Shown in pieces: positions 38,830-49,093 of a stretch of 64,000 bases of DNA. The notes under the pieces are model-generated. The model saw nothing but the letters and a program-made list of their open reading frames with translations, ran no database searches and was not told the DNA's origin. The number at the start of each line of letters is the position of its first letter. The stretch's first letter is position 1. The stretch is from an uncultured Christensenella sp. (GTDB lineage Bacteria > Bacillota > Clostridia > Christensenellales > CAG-917). The stretch is from the NCBI GenBank assembly GCA_910577815.1, contig CAJTNO010000003.1, forward strand, positions 178,431-242,430, written 5' to 3'. The position numbers and the translations under genes were made by a program.

Positions 38830-40073
38830 CTTACAAATTCGGCAATTCTGTCAATCTCGCACGGAATTTCTTTGCCGTCGCTCATATTCTTCAGCTTTAT
38901 CGTGCCGCTTGCGATTTCGTCGTCGCCGAGCGCGACGACATAACGCGCTCCCGATTTATCGGCATACTTCATCTGCGCCTTTATGCCTCTGTCCATTATA
39001 TCGGTTTCCGCGCTTATTCCCTCGCTTCTAAGTTTTGACACAAGCGACAGCGCGTATTCCTTTGCGTTTTCGCCGATAGGCAGAACGTACAAATCCGTAT
39101 GCTCCTCGCAGGCATTCAGTTTATTTAGATTTTCAAGGACAAGCAGCAGTCTTTCAAGTCCTAATCCGAATCCGACCGCAGGCGTCGGCTTTCCGCCGAC
39201 CTCCTCGACAAGATTGTTATATCTACCTCCGCCGCACACGGTACCCTGCGCGCCTATATCGGTAGAAACAAACTCAAAGACGGTACGCGTATAATAGTCG
39301 AGTCCGCGGACTATACCCGGATTCACCTTATATGTTATGCCTTGCTTTGAAAGCAAATTCTGCACTTTTTCAAAATGCGTCTTACAATCCTCGCAAAGAT
39401 AATCGGTAATTTTAGGCGCTTTTGCCGTAATAGCTTTACAGGTTTCCTCCTTACAGTCGAGTATTCTAAGCGGGTTTTTATCAAATCTCTGCCTGCACTG
39501 TCCGCACATATTTTGCAGATTTTCCCCGATATAAGCTTTCAGAGCCGCATTATATTCCGCCCGACACTTCGGACAGCCTATGCTGTTTATATTCAGCTCG
39601 AGGCTGTCAAGCCCGACTTCAGATAAAAAGGAATGCGCAAGCGCGATAACCTCTGCGTCCGCACTCGGGCTGTCGCTGCCGTAGCACTCAACGCCAAACT
39701 GATGATGCTCGCGCAACCTTCCGTTTTGTGGCTTTTCATATCTGAATACAGATGCTATATAATACGCCTTCATAGGCATTACGCCCTGAAACAAGCCGTT
39801 TTCGATAAAGCACCGCGCGACTCCCGCCGTTCCCTCGGGACGAAGCGTCATACTTCTGCCGCCCTTATCCTCAAAGGTATACATCTCCTTTGTAACTATG
39901 TCTGTTGTTTCGCCCACTCCGCGCAAAAACAGCTCGGTATGCTCAAACATAGGCGTGCGTATCTCTTTAAAGCCGAATTTAGCCGCCGTACTGCGAGCTA
40001 CACTCTCAACATAATGCCATTTATACGCATCCTGCGGCAGCATATCCTTTGTACCCTTAGGAATACTTATCAT
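38826..40073 (-). CDS. hisS: histidine--tRNA ligase
   Basis: Start set at ATG 40073, which has the RBS GAGGA (MISIPKGTKDMLP..). Class II motifs ..FRYEKPQNGRLREHHQFG.. and GGGRY..L. Confidence 0.95.
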   Translation of the reverse strand: MISIPKGTKDMLPQDAYKWHYVESVARSTAAKFGFKEIRTPMFEHTELFLRGVGETTDIVTKEMYTFEDKGGRSMTLRPEGTAGVARCFIENGLFQGVMPMKAYYIASVFRYEKPQNGRLREHHQFGVECYGSDSPSADAEVIALAHSFLSEVGLDSLELNINSIGCPKCRAEYNAALKAYIGENLQNMCGQCRQRFDKNPLRILDCKEETCKAITAKAPKITDYLCEDCKTHFEKVQNLLSKQGITYKVNPGIVRGLDYYTRTVFEFVSTDIGAQGTVCGGGRYNNLVEEVGGKPTPAVGFGLGLERLLLVLENLNKLNACEEHTDLYVLPIGENAKEYALSLVSKLRSEGISAETDIMDRGIKAQMKYADKSGARYVVALGDDEIASGTIKLKNMSDGKEIPCEIDRIAEFVR

Positions 40074-40101
40074 ACAATCCTCGACCACTAAACTTGATTG
40101 A

Positions 40102-41454
40102 TTAAATAATATATCTTCTCAGATTGCGCTCTTTAAGCGTATTGGAAAGATGCGCCTCGACATACGCCCTGTCAACGGAAATTTCCTTGGCTGTATTGTC
40201 GTCCGCCTCGTAAAGCACGTCCTTAAGCAAAGCCTCGAGCACTGCGTGTAAGCGGCGCGCGCCGAGGTTTTCGCTGTTTTCATTTTCCTCGAATGCCACG
40301 TGAGCAATCTCCTCTATAGCGTCGTCGGTAAACACAAGCTTAACTCCGTCAACGGCAAGCAGCTCCTTGTACTGCTTAAGCACCGCGTTATCGGGCTCGG
40401 TAAGAATCTTTACAAAATCATCCTTTGTAAGATTGTCGAGCTCTACTCTAATCGGAAAACGTCCCTGAAGCTCGGGAATAAGGTCCTCCATACGCGAAAT
40501 GTGGAACGCGCCCGCCGCAACAAACAGGATAAAATCCGTACGTATCGCGCCGTGCTTGGTTTGCACCGTGCTTCCCTCGACTATGGGCAGAATATCCCTC
40601 TGCACGCCCTCGCGGGAAACGTCGTGCCCCTGCTGCATACCGCCGTTATTGTTGGCAATCTTGTCTATCTCGTCAAGGAAAACCACACCGTCCTGCTCCG
40701 CGCGCTGTAAAGCCTCGGTTATTATCGCGTCCTCGTCCACCATCTTCTCGGACTCCTTCGCAATAATCATATCCATAGCCTGCTTAACGGTGACCTTGCG
40801 CTTCTTTACGGTGCCTCCGCCCATACTCGACTTCATACTGTCGAAGATATTGCCGAGGTTAATTGAGGTATCCGAGCCTATGCCGATAGGAATCTGAATG
40901 GGCTTTGACTGCTGATGCAATTTCATCTCTACGTTCAGCGTATCGAGATGTCCCGCCTTTATTTCGCTTATTATCTCCTCGTTGAGCTCGGCGTCGCTTT
41001 TTTCCCCGTCCTCGGGGTTCATTGCCGCCTTACGCATAGGAAGGATGATTTTTGCAAGCTCGTTTTCCGCGACCTCGGTAGCTCTGGGTAAAACCTCCTT
41101 ATACTTTTCGTCGCGCACAAGACGGATAGAGGCTTCGACCAAATCGCGGATAATGCTTTCCACGTCTCTGCCGACATAGCCAACCTCTGTAAACTTAGTT
41201 GCCTCCACCTTTACAAACGGAGCCTTTACAACCTTTGCAAGCCTGCGGGCTATCTCGGTTTTACCTACGCCCGTAGGTCCCTTCATAATAATATTCTTAG
41301 GAGTTATCTCCTCGCGCATCTCGGCGGAAAGCTTACTGCGGCGATAACGGTTGCGAAGCGCGATAGCTACCGCGACCTTCGCCTCGTGCTGACCGATAAT
41401 AAACCTGTCCAGCTCGGCTACGATTTGTTTTGGAGTCATAACGCTGTTATCCAT
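40102..41454 (-). CDS. hslU: ATP-dependent protease ATPase subunit HslU
   Basis: 450 aa. Walker A GPTGVGKTEIARRLA, Walker B VFLDEIDKI. Confidence 0.97.
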   Translation of the reverse strand: MDNSVMTPKQIVAELDRFIIGQHEAKVAVAIALRNRYRRSKLSAEMREEITPKNIIMKGPTGVGKTEIARRLAKVVKAPFVKVEATKFTEVGYVGRDVESIIRDLVEASIRLVRDEKYKEVLPRATEVAENELAKIILPMRKAAMNPEDGEKSDAELNEEIISEIKAGHLDTLNVEMKLHQQSKPIQIPIGIGSDTSINLGNIFDSMKSSMGGGTVKKRKVTVKQAMDMIIAKESEKMVDEDAIITEALQRAEQDGVVFLDEIDKIANNNGGMQQGHDVSREGVQRDILPIVEGSTVQTKHGAIRTDFILFVAAGAFHISRMEDLIPELQGRFPIRVELDNLTKDDFVKILTEPDNAVLKQYKELLAVDGVKLVFTDDAIEEIAHVAFEENENSENLGARRLHAVLEALLKDVLYEADDNTAKEISVDRAYVEAHLSNTLKERNLRRYII

Positions 41455-41464
41455 AATTCACCTC

Positions 41465-41998
41465 TTACACAGTTTCAACCGTAATATGGTCGTTTGTAAA
41501 TACGCATATCTCGCTTGCGATTTCAAGCGCGGAGCGCGCTATGCTTTTAGCGTCCATATCCGTATTTTTTGCAAGCGCGCGAGCCGCGGCAAGCGCGTAA
41601 TTGCCGCCGCTGCCTATAGCGCATATTCCGTTTTCAGGCTCTATAACCTCGCCCGTACCCGAAATGACAAACAGAGAGGTTTTATCCGCCGCTATAAGCA
41701 GCGCCTCAAGTCTTCTGCCGCCCTTATCGGAGCGCCAAAGCTCGGCAAGCTCTACGGCGGAGCGCATCAGATTTCCGCTGAATTTCTGAAGCATAGCTTC
41801 AAACTTCTCGGACAGCGCAAAGGCGTCGGATACCGAGCCTGCAAAGCCTACGACCACCTTGTCGTTATATATACGCTTTACCTTAACGGCATTGCCCTTC
41901 ATTATAACGCTATCGCCCATAGTGACCTGTCCGTCACCGGCGATTGCAGTCATACCATCGCGCTTGACCGCGCAAATAGTAGTTCCGCGAAATTCCAT
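41465..41998 (-). CDS. hslV: ATP-dependent protease subunit HslV
   Basis: 177 aa. The N-terminus ..GTTICAVK.. supplies the catalytic Thr, with GSGGNYA further on. Confidence 0.96.
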   Translation of the reverse strand: MEFRGTTICAVKRDGMTAIAGDGQVTMGDSVIMKGNAVKVKRIYNDKVVVGFAGSVSDAFALSEKFEAMLQKFSGNLMRSAVELAELWRSDKGGRRLEALLIAADKTSLFVISGTGEVIEPENGICAIGSGGNYALAAARALAKNTDMDAKSIARSALEIASEICVFTNDHITVETV

Positions 41999-42081
41999 AT
42001 TTTTACCTCCAATAGCTTCATATGCGGAGCATCGAAGCGCATTATATATTTTTTGTACGCGCGCTTACACGCGCGCAAGCT

Positions 42082-43386
42082 TTAAAAATCGTTAAGCAGC
42101 ATAGGAATACTTGATATAGACCTTTCGTAATACGCCTGCTTCCTTGCCTTTTTGTCCTTTACATCCGTAATGGGCGGAAGTATCCCGAAATTGGCGTTCA
42201 TCGGTTTGAAATCCGTAGGACAGGAGGCTATGTATCTGCACAGCGCGCCTACTACGGTGATATCCCGAGGCAGCTCGTACGGAGCATCTCCGAACAGCTC
42301 GCAAATCATAGCGTAGCCCGCTATCATTCCGCTCATTATGCTTTCCACATAACCCTCAACTCCCGACAGCTGTCCCGCGATATAAAGCGGAGTTACCGAG
42401 CCTTTTACTCTGAAACGCTCGTCAAGCACCTTCGGCGCATAGACGTAGGTATTGCGGTGCATTATTCCGTATCTTAAAAACTCTGCGTTTTTAAGAGCGG
42501 GTATCAGCCCGAACACCCTTTTCTGTTCGGCATACGTCAGATTTGTCTGAAAGCCAACCAGATTAAAGCAATCTCCCGCGACGTTCTCTCTGCGAAGCTG
42601 AACAACGGCATATGCCTTTTCGCCGGTATCGGGATTTCTCAGTCCTATAGGCTTTAACGGACCGAATCTTATAGTATCGCTCCCGCGCTTTGCCATCTCC
42701 TCGATTGGCATACAGCCCTCGAAAAGCTCACTTTTTTCAAAGTCGTGCAATACAACGGTTTGAGCCGACACAAGCTCGGAGTAAAACTGCTCGTATTCAT
42801 CCCTTTGCATAGGCAGATTGAGGTAGTCGTCGCCGCCCTTGCCGTATCTGCCGCCGAAATACGCCTTGCTATAGTCAATGCTTTCCGCGGAAACTATCGG
42901 AGCTATGGCGTCATAAAAGAATAACCTTTTTTCGCCGCTTAATTCGCTTATCTCAGCCGCCATTGCATCGGAGGTAAGCGGTCCTGTAGCTATAACTGTA
43001 GGAGTATCGTCAAGCTCCGTCACTTCTTCTCTAATCAGCCTGAAATGCTCATAGGAATTCAGTTTATTTTCCACAAGCTCGGAAAACATCTTTCTGTCTA
43101 CCGACAGCGCGCTTCCAGACGGAACTCTCGCCTCTCTCGCAAGAGAAAGCAGTTTGCAGCCAAGCGCGTCAAGCTCCGCTTTTAGCAGCCCCGAGGCGGT
43201 GGTAGGTTCTTCGGATTTAAGCGAGTTGGAGCAAACAAGCTCCGCAAGTCCGTCCGTACTGTGCGCGCCCGTACCTTTAAACGGTCGCATTTCGTACATA
43301 TCGACAGGATGTCCCGCTTCAAGCAGCTGCAAGGCGCATTCGCACCCGGCAAGTCCGCCTCCTATCACCTTTACCTTTTGCTTCAT
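42082..43386 (-). CDS. trmFO: methylenetetrahydrofolate--tRNA-(uracil54-C5)-methyltransferase TrmFO
   Basis: 434 aa. FAD fold VIGGGLAGCE, with ..AGQ..G.EGY.ES.. downstream. topA-trmFO-hslVU order. Confidence 0.95.
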   Translation of the reverse strand: MKQKVKVIGGGLAGCECALQLLEAGHPVDMYEMRPFKGTGAHSTDGLAELVCSNSLKSEEPTTASGLLKAELDALGCKLLSLAREARVPSGSALSVDRKMFSELVENKLNSYEHFRLIREEVTELDDTPTVIATGPLTSDAMAAEISELSGEKRLFFYDAIAPIVSAESIDYSKAYFGGRYGKGGDDYLNLPMQRDEYEQFYSELVSAQTVVLHDFEKSELFEGCMPIEEMAKRGSDTIRFGPLKPIGLRNPDTGEKAYAVVQLRRENVAGDCFNLVGFQTNLTYAEQKRVFGLIPALKNAEFLRYGIMHRNTYVYAPKVLDERFRVKGSVTPLYIAGQLSGVEGYVESIMSGMIAGYAMICELFGDAPYELPRDITVVGALCRYIASCPTDFKPMNANFGILPPITDVKDKKARKQAYYERSISSIPMLLNDF

Positions 43387-45503
43387 TCTTCCTCGTCTCC
43401 GCCGTTTACAAGCTCCTTATGCTTACACTGTCTGTCCGTGCAAACATAATAGGTTTTGTCGTCGCGCTTTACAACCTTCATAGTGTTGCCGCAGTCGGGA
43501 CAGTAATAAGGAGCGGGTATATCCCAGCTTATAAAATCGCATTGCGGATAGTTTGTGCAGCCGTAAAAGGTCTTTCCGTTTTTGGATACCCTCTTGCTGA
43601 CGTCGCCGCCGCACTTGGGACACTTACCTACCACTTCTACGATTTTCTTGATATTCTTACACTTCGGATAATTGGGACAAGCAAGGAAAGGACCGTATTT
43701 GCCGTGGCGCACAACCATTTTTGCGCCGCACTTATCGCAAACCTCGTCGCTCTCCTCGTCGGGAAGATACGAAACTCCGCTCGCCTTTGCGGCTCTGTCC
43801 AAAAACCTTTGCAGCCTCGGATAAAACGCGCCTATAAGCTCCTGCCAATGCTGTCCTCCGTCCGCAACCTTGTCGAGCGCTCCCTCCAGCCTTGCCGTAA
43901 AATCAAGGCTCATTATATCCGGGAAATTATGCTCCATATATTCGCTTACAGCCTCTCCGAGCTGCGTCGGAGCAATCGCCTTTTGCTGTTTTTCGGTGTA
44001 TTCGCGCTTGGACAGTACGGATATTATGGAGGCGTATGTCGACGGTCTGCCGATTCCGTTCTCCTCAAGAGCCTTTACAAGCGTAGCGTCGTTATATCTC
44101 GCGGGCGGCTTAGTGAACTTCTGCTCGCTCAGCACGTCCTCGAGGCTCAGCTTATCGCCCTCGTTTAAATCGGGCATAGTATCGAGCTCCTTGTTGTTGT
44201 CCTCTTCCTCCTCGACCGTTGCGGAGTAAACAACGGTAAAGCCCTTAAATTTGACGCTCTTTCCCTTTACTACAAAGCCGAGATTATCCGAGCCGCTCGA
44301 GCCCAGAATGTGTACGCGCATCGTATTATACTGCGCGCTTGACATCTGAGACGCCATATATCTTTCATAAATAAGCTTGTAAAGACGGTACGCGTCCTTA
44401 TCCATCTTACCTTCGAGAGACTTCGGTGTAAACGACAGGTTTATAGGTCTTATAGCCTCGTGCGCGTCCTGAGCGTTGTCGCTCGTTTTATAAACGTTCG
44501 GTGATTTGGGAGCGTATTCCTCCCCGTAATTCTCCGCTATATATCCAAGCGTAGCCTTTGCAAAGTCGGGTGAAATTCGCACGCTGTCCGTTCTAATGTA
44601 GGTGATGAGCGCGTGCAAGCCCTCTCCCTCTATATTTACGCCCTCATACAGCGACTGCGCAACGCGGCTGGTGCGGTCGGCGGTAAAGTTCAGTTTATGA
44701 CTCGCCTCCTGCTGCATAGTAGACGTTGTAAACGGAGGAGCGGGTCTTGATGTGGATACGCTCTTTTTTACCTCGTCCACGATATAATCGCAGCCCTTCA
44801 TAAAATTGCAAATTATGTTCGCTTCTTCCGCGTTTGTAACCTTAATCTTCTTTCCGTTGCTGTCGTTAAGCGCGGCGTTGAAAATATTGGCTTTAGTCTT
44901 TTTTACGCCCGTCTTAAGCAGTATCGCGTTAATATTCCAATACTCCTCGGGCACGAACTCGCGGATTTCCTTTTCCCTGTCCACAATCATCTTGAGCGCC
45001 GCCGATTGAACGCGTCCCGCCGACAGTCCCGGCTTGAGCTTTCTGGAAAGTATAGGAGAAATCTTGTAGCCGACAAGTCTGTCCAGCACTCTGCGCGCCT
45101 GCTGACTGTCCACAAGGTCCATATTTATCTCTCTCGGCTTCGCCATAGCCGCGCGTACGGCTTTGGGAGAAATCTCGTTAAACTCTATACGAACGTTGTC
45201 GTCTTCCACCCCAAGCACGTTCTTCAGATGCCAGCTTATCGCCTCGCCCTCGCGGTCCGGGTCGGTTGCGAGATATACTTTGTCATACTTCTTAACTGCC
45301 TGAGAAAGTTGTTTGATGGTTGCTTCCTTATCCTCGGACACGACATACTGCGGTTTATATCCGTTTTCTATGTCAATGCCCAGTGAGCGCTGCGGCAAGT
45401 CGCAAACGTGTCCTTTGGACGCCATAACCTGCGCTTCGCCGCCAAGATATTTTTGTATCGTCTGCGCCTTATGCGGGGACTCAACAATAATAAGCTGTTT
45501 CAT
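43383..45503 (-). CDS. topA: DNA topoisomerase I
   Basis: 706 aa. Toprim start LIIVESP.KA, active-site region YIRTDS, C-terminal Cys4 zinc ribbons. Confidence 0.97.
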   Translation of the reverse strand: MKQLIIVESPHKAQTIQKYLGGEAQVMASKGHVCDLPQRSLGIDIENGYKPQYVVSEDKEATIKQLSQAVKKYDKVYLATDPDREGEAISWHLKNVLGVEDDNVRIEFNEISPKAVRAAMAKPREINMDLVDSQQARRVLDRLVGYKISPILSRKLKPGLSAGRVQSAALKMIVDREKEIREFVPEEYWNINAILLKTGVKKTKANIFNAALNDSNGKKIKVTNAEEANIICNFMKGCDYIVDEVKKSVSTSRPAPPFTTSTMQQEASHKLNFTADRTSRVAQSLYEGVNIEGEGLHALITYIRTDSVRISPDFAKATLGYIAENYGEEYAPKSPNVYKTSDNAQDAHEAIRPINLSFTPKSLEGKMDKDAYRLYKLIYERYMASQMSSAQYNTMRVHILGSSGSDNLGFVVKGKSVKFKGFTVVYSATVEEEEDNNKELDTMPDLNEGDKLSLEDVLSEQKFTKPPARYNDATLVKALEENGIGRPSTYASIISVLSKREYTEKQQKAIAPTQLGEAVSEYMEHNFPDIMSLDFTARLEGALDKVADGGQHWQELIGAFYPRLQRFLDRAAKASGVSYLPDEESDEVCDKCGAKMVVRHGKYGPFLACPNYPKCKNIKKIVEVVGKCPKCGGDVSKRVSKNGKTFYGCTNYPQCDFISWDIPAPYYCPDCGNTMKVVKRDDKTYYVCTDRQCKHKELVNGGDEEE

Positions 45504-45576
45504 TCAATCTCCTTGATGTCACAAATATTTTACAGCCGATTGCTGCTTTTATTTATAAGTATACTGCGCCGTCGGC

Positions 45577-46665
45577 TTACATTCCCGAAAGCGAGTAATA
45601 GTTTCCGCCGGTATCCTGAATAAGTCCGTTCATACTCAGATTAAACAGCATAGAGGTAAGCTCGCTTACGCCTAACTCCGTTTCGGCAAGCAACTCCTCA
45701 AAGTGCTTCTCTCCGTCGCGCAAAGCCTCGAGTATCTGACTCTCGGCAAGGCTGATTTCCACAACCTCTTTCCTGAACACATTGCGCTTTATTCCCATCG
45801 CGTCAAGCACGTCCTGCGGACTGATAACCAATGCGTGCGGACACTCCCTCAGCAGTTCGTTTCCGCCCTCGTTTTCGGCGGCGTATATGTTGCCAGGCAC
45901 TACAAATATGCTTCTATTCTGGTCGTCGTTTGCAATTCTCATAGTTATAAGCGAGCCGCTTTTCTTAGCCGCCTGCGCAAGGAAAACTCCTTTGCTAAGC
46001 CCGCTGATTATTCGGTTGCGCTCGGGGAAATGATACTGTAACGGCTTTGTACCCAAGGGATATTCGCTTACTATTGCGCCGCCGCTCATAAGTATCCCGT
46101 CCATAAGACCTCGGTGCTCCGCGGGATATACCACATCAAGTCCGCTTGCAAATACCGCAATCGTAGGCATTCCGCTGCTCACGCACGCCTTATGAGCAAT
46201 TCCGTCTATTCCTCTTGCAAAGCCCGACACAACCGTCAGACCTGCCCTTGCAAACTCTCTTGAAAATTCGTCCGCAACCTTTTCGCCGTATCTGCTTGCT
46301 CGGCGCGAACCGACTACGGCTATGCAGTCCGATTTAAGAGCATCTACGTTACCCTTCACAAAAAGCACGTGCGGCGGGTCGGGTATATTGGACAAAAGCT
46401 GAGGATAATCCGCGTCAAGATATGTAAGCCAATGAATATCCTGCTTTCTCATATCATTGACGATATTATCGATTTCGTCAAGTTTTTTGTAAAACTCTTT
46501 TGCTTTTTCACCGCCTAAAATTTTGGTCGCAGCGTCACGGTTAAACTCGAGCGCGGCGGGAGCGTCGTTTACTGCCTTCAAAAGAGTCGCCTTTTTTCTG
46601 TAGCCAAGCTCCTCTACGCTTTGCAAAGCGAGCAAGGCTTTTGTATTTACGTCTATTAAATCCAT
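45577..46665 (-). CDS. dprA: DNA processing protein DprA/Smf
   Basis: 362 aa. ..VVGSRRAS.YG.. and ..SG.A.GID..AH.. Rossmann-like core, with a C-terminal winged-helix-like tail. Confidence 0.93.
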   Translation of the reverse strand: MDLIDVNTKALLALQSVEELGYRKKATLLKAVNDAPAALEFNRDAATKILGGEKAKEFYKKLDEIDNIVNDMRKQDIHWLTYLDADYPQLLSNIPDPPHVLFVKGNVDALKSDCIAVVGSRRASRYGEKVADEFSREFARAGLTVVSGFARGIDGIAHKACVSSGMPTIAVFASGLDVVYPAEHRGLMDGILMSGGAIVSEYPLGTKPLQYHFPERNRIISGLSKGVFLAQAAKKSGSLITMRIANDDQNRSIFVVPGNIYAAENEGGNELLRECPHALVISPQDVLDAMGIKRNVFRKEVVEISLAESQILEALRDGEKHFEELLAETELGVSELTSMLFNLSMNGLIQDTGGNYYSLSGM

Positions 46666-48194
46666 CAGTTGTATTTCCTGTCGAGCCCTCTGTACTGGAT
46701 TGCCTCCGCTATATGCTGCTGCTGAATATTCTCACTTCCCGCAAGGTCGGCGATTGTACGCGCTACCTTGAGTATTCTCGTAGTACCTCTCGCGCTAAGA
46801 TTCAGCTTATCGAACGCCTTTTGCAAAAGCCTCTCGCAATCATCGTCTACGGCGCAAAATTTATTCAGCTCTCTCGAGCCCATCTCCGCGTTTGTAAGTA
46901 TGTTCAAGCCCTTAAATCTCTCGAGCTGTATAGCTCTTGCGGCGTTTATTCGCTTTTTAATCTGCGCGGAGGTTTCGGTCCTGGCGGAGTGTCCGCGCAA
47001 TTCGCCGTAGGTTATATTATCAACCTCTATCTGCAAATCTATTCTGTCCATAAGAGGACCGGACAGCTTGGATACATAGTTGTGTATTTGCGTAGGAGTA
47101 CAGCGGCAAACCTGAGTTTTGGAGCCGTAATTTCCGCAGGGACACGGATTCATACTTGCAAGCAGCATAAAATTGGCGGGATATTCCACAGTATTTTGCA
47201 CTCTTGCAACCGTCACCTTTCTGTCCTCGAGAGGCTGGCGCAGAGTTTCAAGCGCTCTACGCGAGTATTCGGGCATCTCGTCCAAAAACAGCACTCCGTG
47301 ATTGGCAAGGCTCACCTCTCCCGGCTTAGCCTTAGCCCCTCCGCCCACAAGCGCGGGGACGGTGGTCGTATGGTGCGGAGTTCTGAACGGACGCGTAGTC
47401 ACTATACCTACATTACTGTCCAAAATTCCCGCCACGCTGTGTATCTTGGTGACCTCAATAGCCTCGTCGAACGTCATCTCAGGCATAATGGTAGGCACGC
47501 ATTTTGCAAGCATAGTTTTACCTGCTCCGGGAGGTCCTATCATAATGGCGTTGTGTCCGCCCGCTACGGCAATTTCCAAAGCGCGCTTTGCAACCAGCTG
47601 TCCTTTTACATCAGCAAAATCCACTCCGTAGCCGTTACCCTGACAGCTCGCCTCATAGCTTGACGTGCTTACGGGCTCGTATTCCACTCCGCTTAAAAAT
47701 TCTATAACCTGACGCAGATTTTCAAACGCGTAAACCTCGATGCCCTCAATATAGCTTGCCTCTCTCGCATCCGCAAGCGGAATAATAAATTTTTTGTTTC
47801 CGTCCTGCATAGCGGAAATTAAAAGCGACATTATGCCGTTTACGTGTCTGAGCTCTCCGTCAAGCGACAGCTCGCCTACAATAACGTAGTCTTTGTAAAG
47901 CTTATTTTCAAGCTGTCCCGAAGCCGCAATTATTCCCACCGCGGCGGCAAGGTCGAAAACAGGACCTTCCTTTTTTGTATCGGCAGGCGCAAGATTTACG
48001 GTAATCCTTTTTGCAGGATACTGAAATCCGCTGTTTTTTATTGCGGAACGCACGCGTTCCTTACTCTCCTTGGTCGCTGTAGAGGCAAGTCCCACCATTT
48101 CGTAGCCGGGAATGCCGCTGTTTATATCAAGTTCGACATCCACAGCGTAACCGTTAAGTCCCTCCAAGGCATAGCTTTTTATCTTTGCAAGCAT
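46665..48194 (-). CDS. comM: YifB/ComM-family Mg-chelatase-like ATPase
   Basis: Start set at MLAKIKSYAL (48194). Lon-like N-terminal domain, Walker A GPPGAGKT, Walker B LFLDE. Confidence 0.93.
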   Translation of the reverse strand: MLAKIKSYALEGLNGYAVDVELDINSGIPGYEMVGLASTATKESKERVRSAIKNSGFQYPAKRITVNLAPADTKKEGPVFDLAAAVGIIAASGQLENKLYKDYVIVGELSLDGELRHVNGIMSLLISAMQDGNKKFIIPLADAREASYIEGIEVYAFENLRQVIEFLSGVEYEPVSTSSYEASCQGNGYGVDFADVKGQLVAKRALEIAVAGGHNAIMIGPPGAGKTMLAKCVPTIMPEMTFDEAIEVTKIHSVAGILDSNVGIVTTRPFRTPHHTTTVPALVGGGAKAKPGEVSLANHGVLFLDEMPEYSRRALETLRQPLEDRKVTVARVQNTVEYPANFMLLASMNPCPCGNYGSKTQVCRCTPTQIHNYVSKLSGPLMDRIDLQIEVDNITYGELRGHSARTETSAQIKKRINAARAIQLERFKGLNILTNAEMGSRELNKFCAVDDDCERLLQKAFDKLNLSARGTTRILKVARTIADLAGSENIQQQHIAEAIQYRGLDRKYN

Positions 48195-48332
48195 ATTATT
48201 ATCCGTCACTATTAAAATAAAGTTAATAAATAATACCATATACCGCCGCAAATTGCAATAAAATTGAGGGGGCGACGGATATTTTAAAAAGCCGCAAAAT
48301 ATGCGATTTTATTTGAATAGATATACGCTTTG

Positions 48333-48361
48333 ATTAAAAATAAATTCGGCTTAACGCCGAA
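48333..48361 (-). terminator. intrinsic terminator closing the four-gene SipW/McrB-like operon
   Basis: Minus strand reads TTCGGCgttaaGCCGAAtttatttttaatc. It lies 38 nt after the stop of the last gene. Confidence 0.6.
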
Positions 48362-48398
48362 ATAAAAAATTTTTATATTGCAAACATTGCAAAGTTTA

Positions 48399-49091
48399 CT
48401 ATTTTTCGTCACCGCCGTCTTTATTCCGCGACGTTAAAATCTCATCCAACAAACGCTTCTTTTGCTCGTCCGTAAGGTTATCAATAGAGCTTGCGTCAAG
48501 CTTAGCCGACTTGGATTTTTCCGCCGCGACCTTATCCTGCACAAATCCTACAATAATAAGTACTCCCACAATACTCAAAGGTAAAGCGATAAGCAAAACA
48601 TATCCGTACCAATGGCTTAAAAATCTTCTGAGCCCTCCGATAAATACGGATTTACGCACAAATTTAGCTTTAACCGAATCGGGACTGAGCTGCCAGTTGT
48701 CAACGCCGACGTTGGGATTGTCGCCCTTGGTTATAAAATACTCCACGGCTCCGTTCTCCGCACGGTGAACCTCTATTATTCTATGAGTAATATTCTGCCC
48801 CTTAAGCACGCCGCTCGGAGCGACAAAGGTGATTATATCCCCCTCTTTTAACGCGTTTTTGTCGTCAATGCTCTTGCAAAGAATGACGTCCGCAGGCTCG
48901 ATAGTTCCCGACATACTGTCCGTAACCACGTCGTACATATAATATCCGAAAATCTTAGAATCTCCGCCGTTCTTGCGTTGCGCAAGCATCAAGGATACAA
49001 TCACAACCAAAAATACAAAAATCACCGCAATAATCGTTGTGGATACAATGTTGTATATTTTCTTTGCTTTGGTCGGTTGCGGCTTGCTCAT
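48399..49091 (-). CDS. SipW-type (S26B, Ser/His/Asp) signal peptidase I, paralog 2
   Basis: 230 aa. N-terminal TM helix, TDSMSGTIEP (Ser), ITHRII (His), KGDNP (Asp), a C-terminal TM helix and a ~45-aa cytosolic tail. Its start codon is 2 nt after the stop of the 751-aa gene. Confidence 0.85.
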   Translation of the reverse strand: MSKPQPTKAKKIYNIVSTTIIAVIFVFLVVIVSLMLAQRKNGGDSKIFGYYMYDVVTDSMSGTIEPADVILCKSIDDKNALKEGDIITFVAPSGVLKGQNITHRIIEVHRAENGAVEYFITKGDNPNVGVDNWQLSPDSVKAKFVRKSVFIGGLRRFLSHWYGYVLLIALPLSIVGVLIIVGFVQDKVAAEKSKSAKLDASSIDNLTDEQKKRLLDEILTSRNKDGGDEK

Positions 49092-49093
49092 TT

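Noticed and set aside
40074-40101. Looked for a T-box leader upstream of hisS and other amino-acid-related leaders upstream of glyA.
   Set aside because: hisS starts under 30 nt after the hslU stop and glyA about 130 nt after trxA. There is no room for a T-box and no specifier or T-box sequence is visible.
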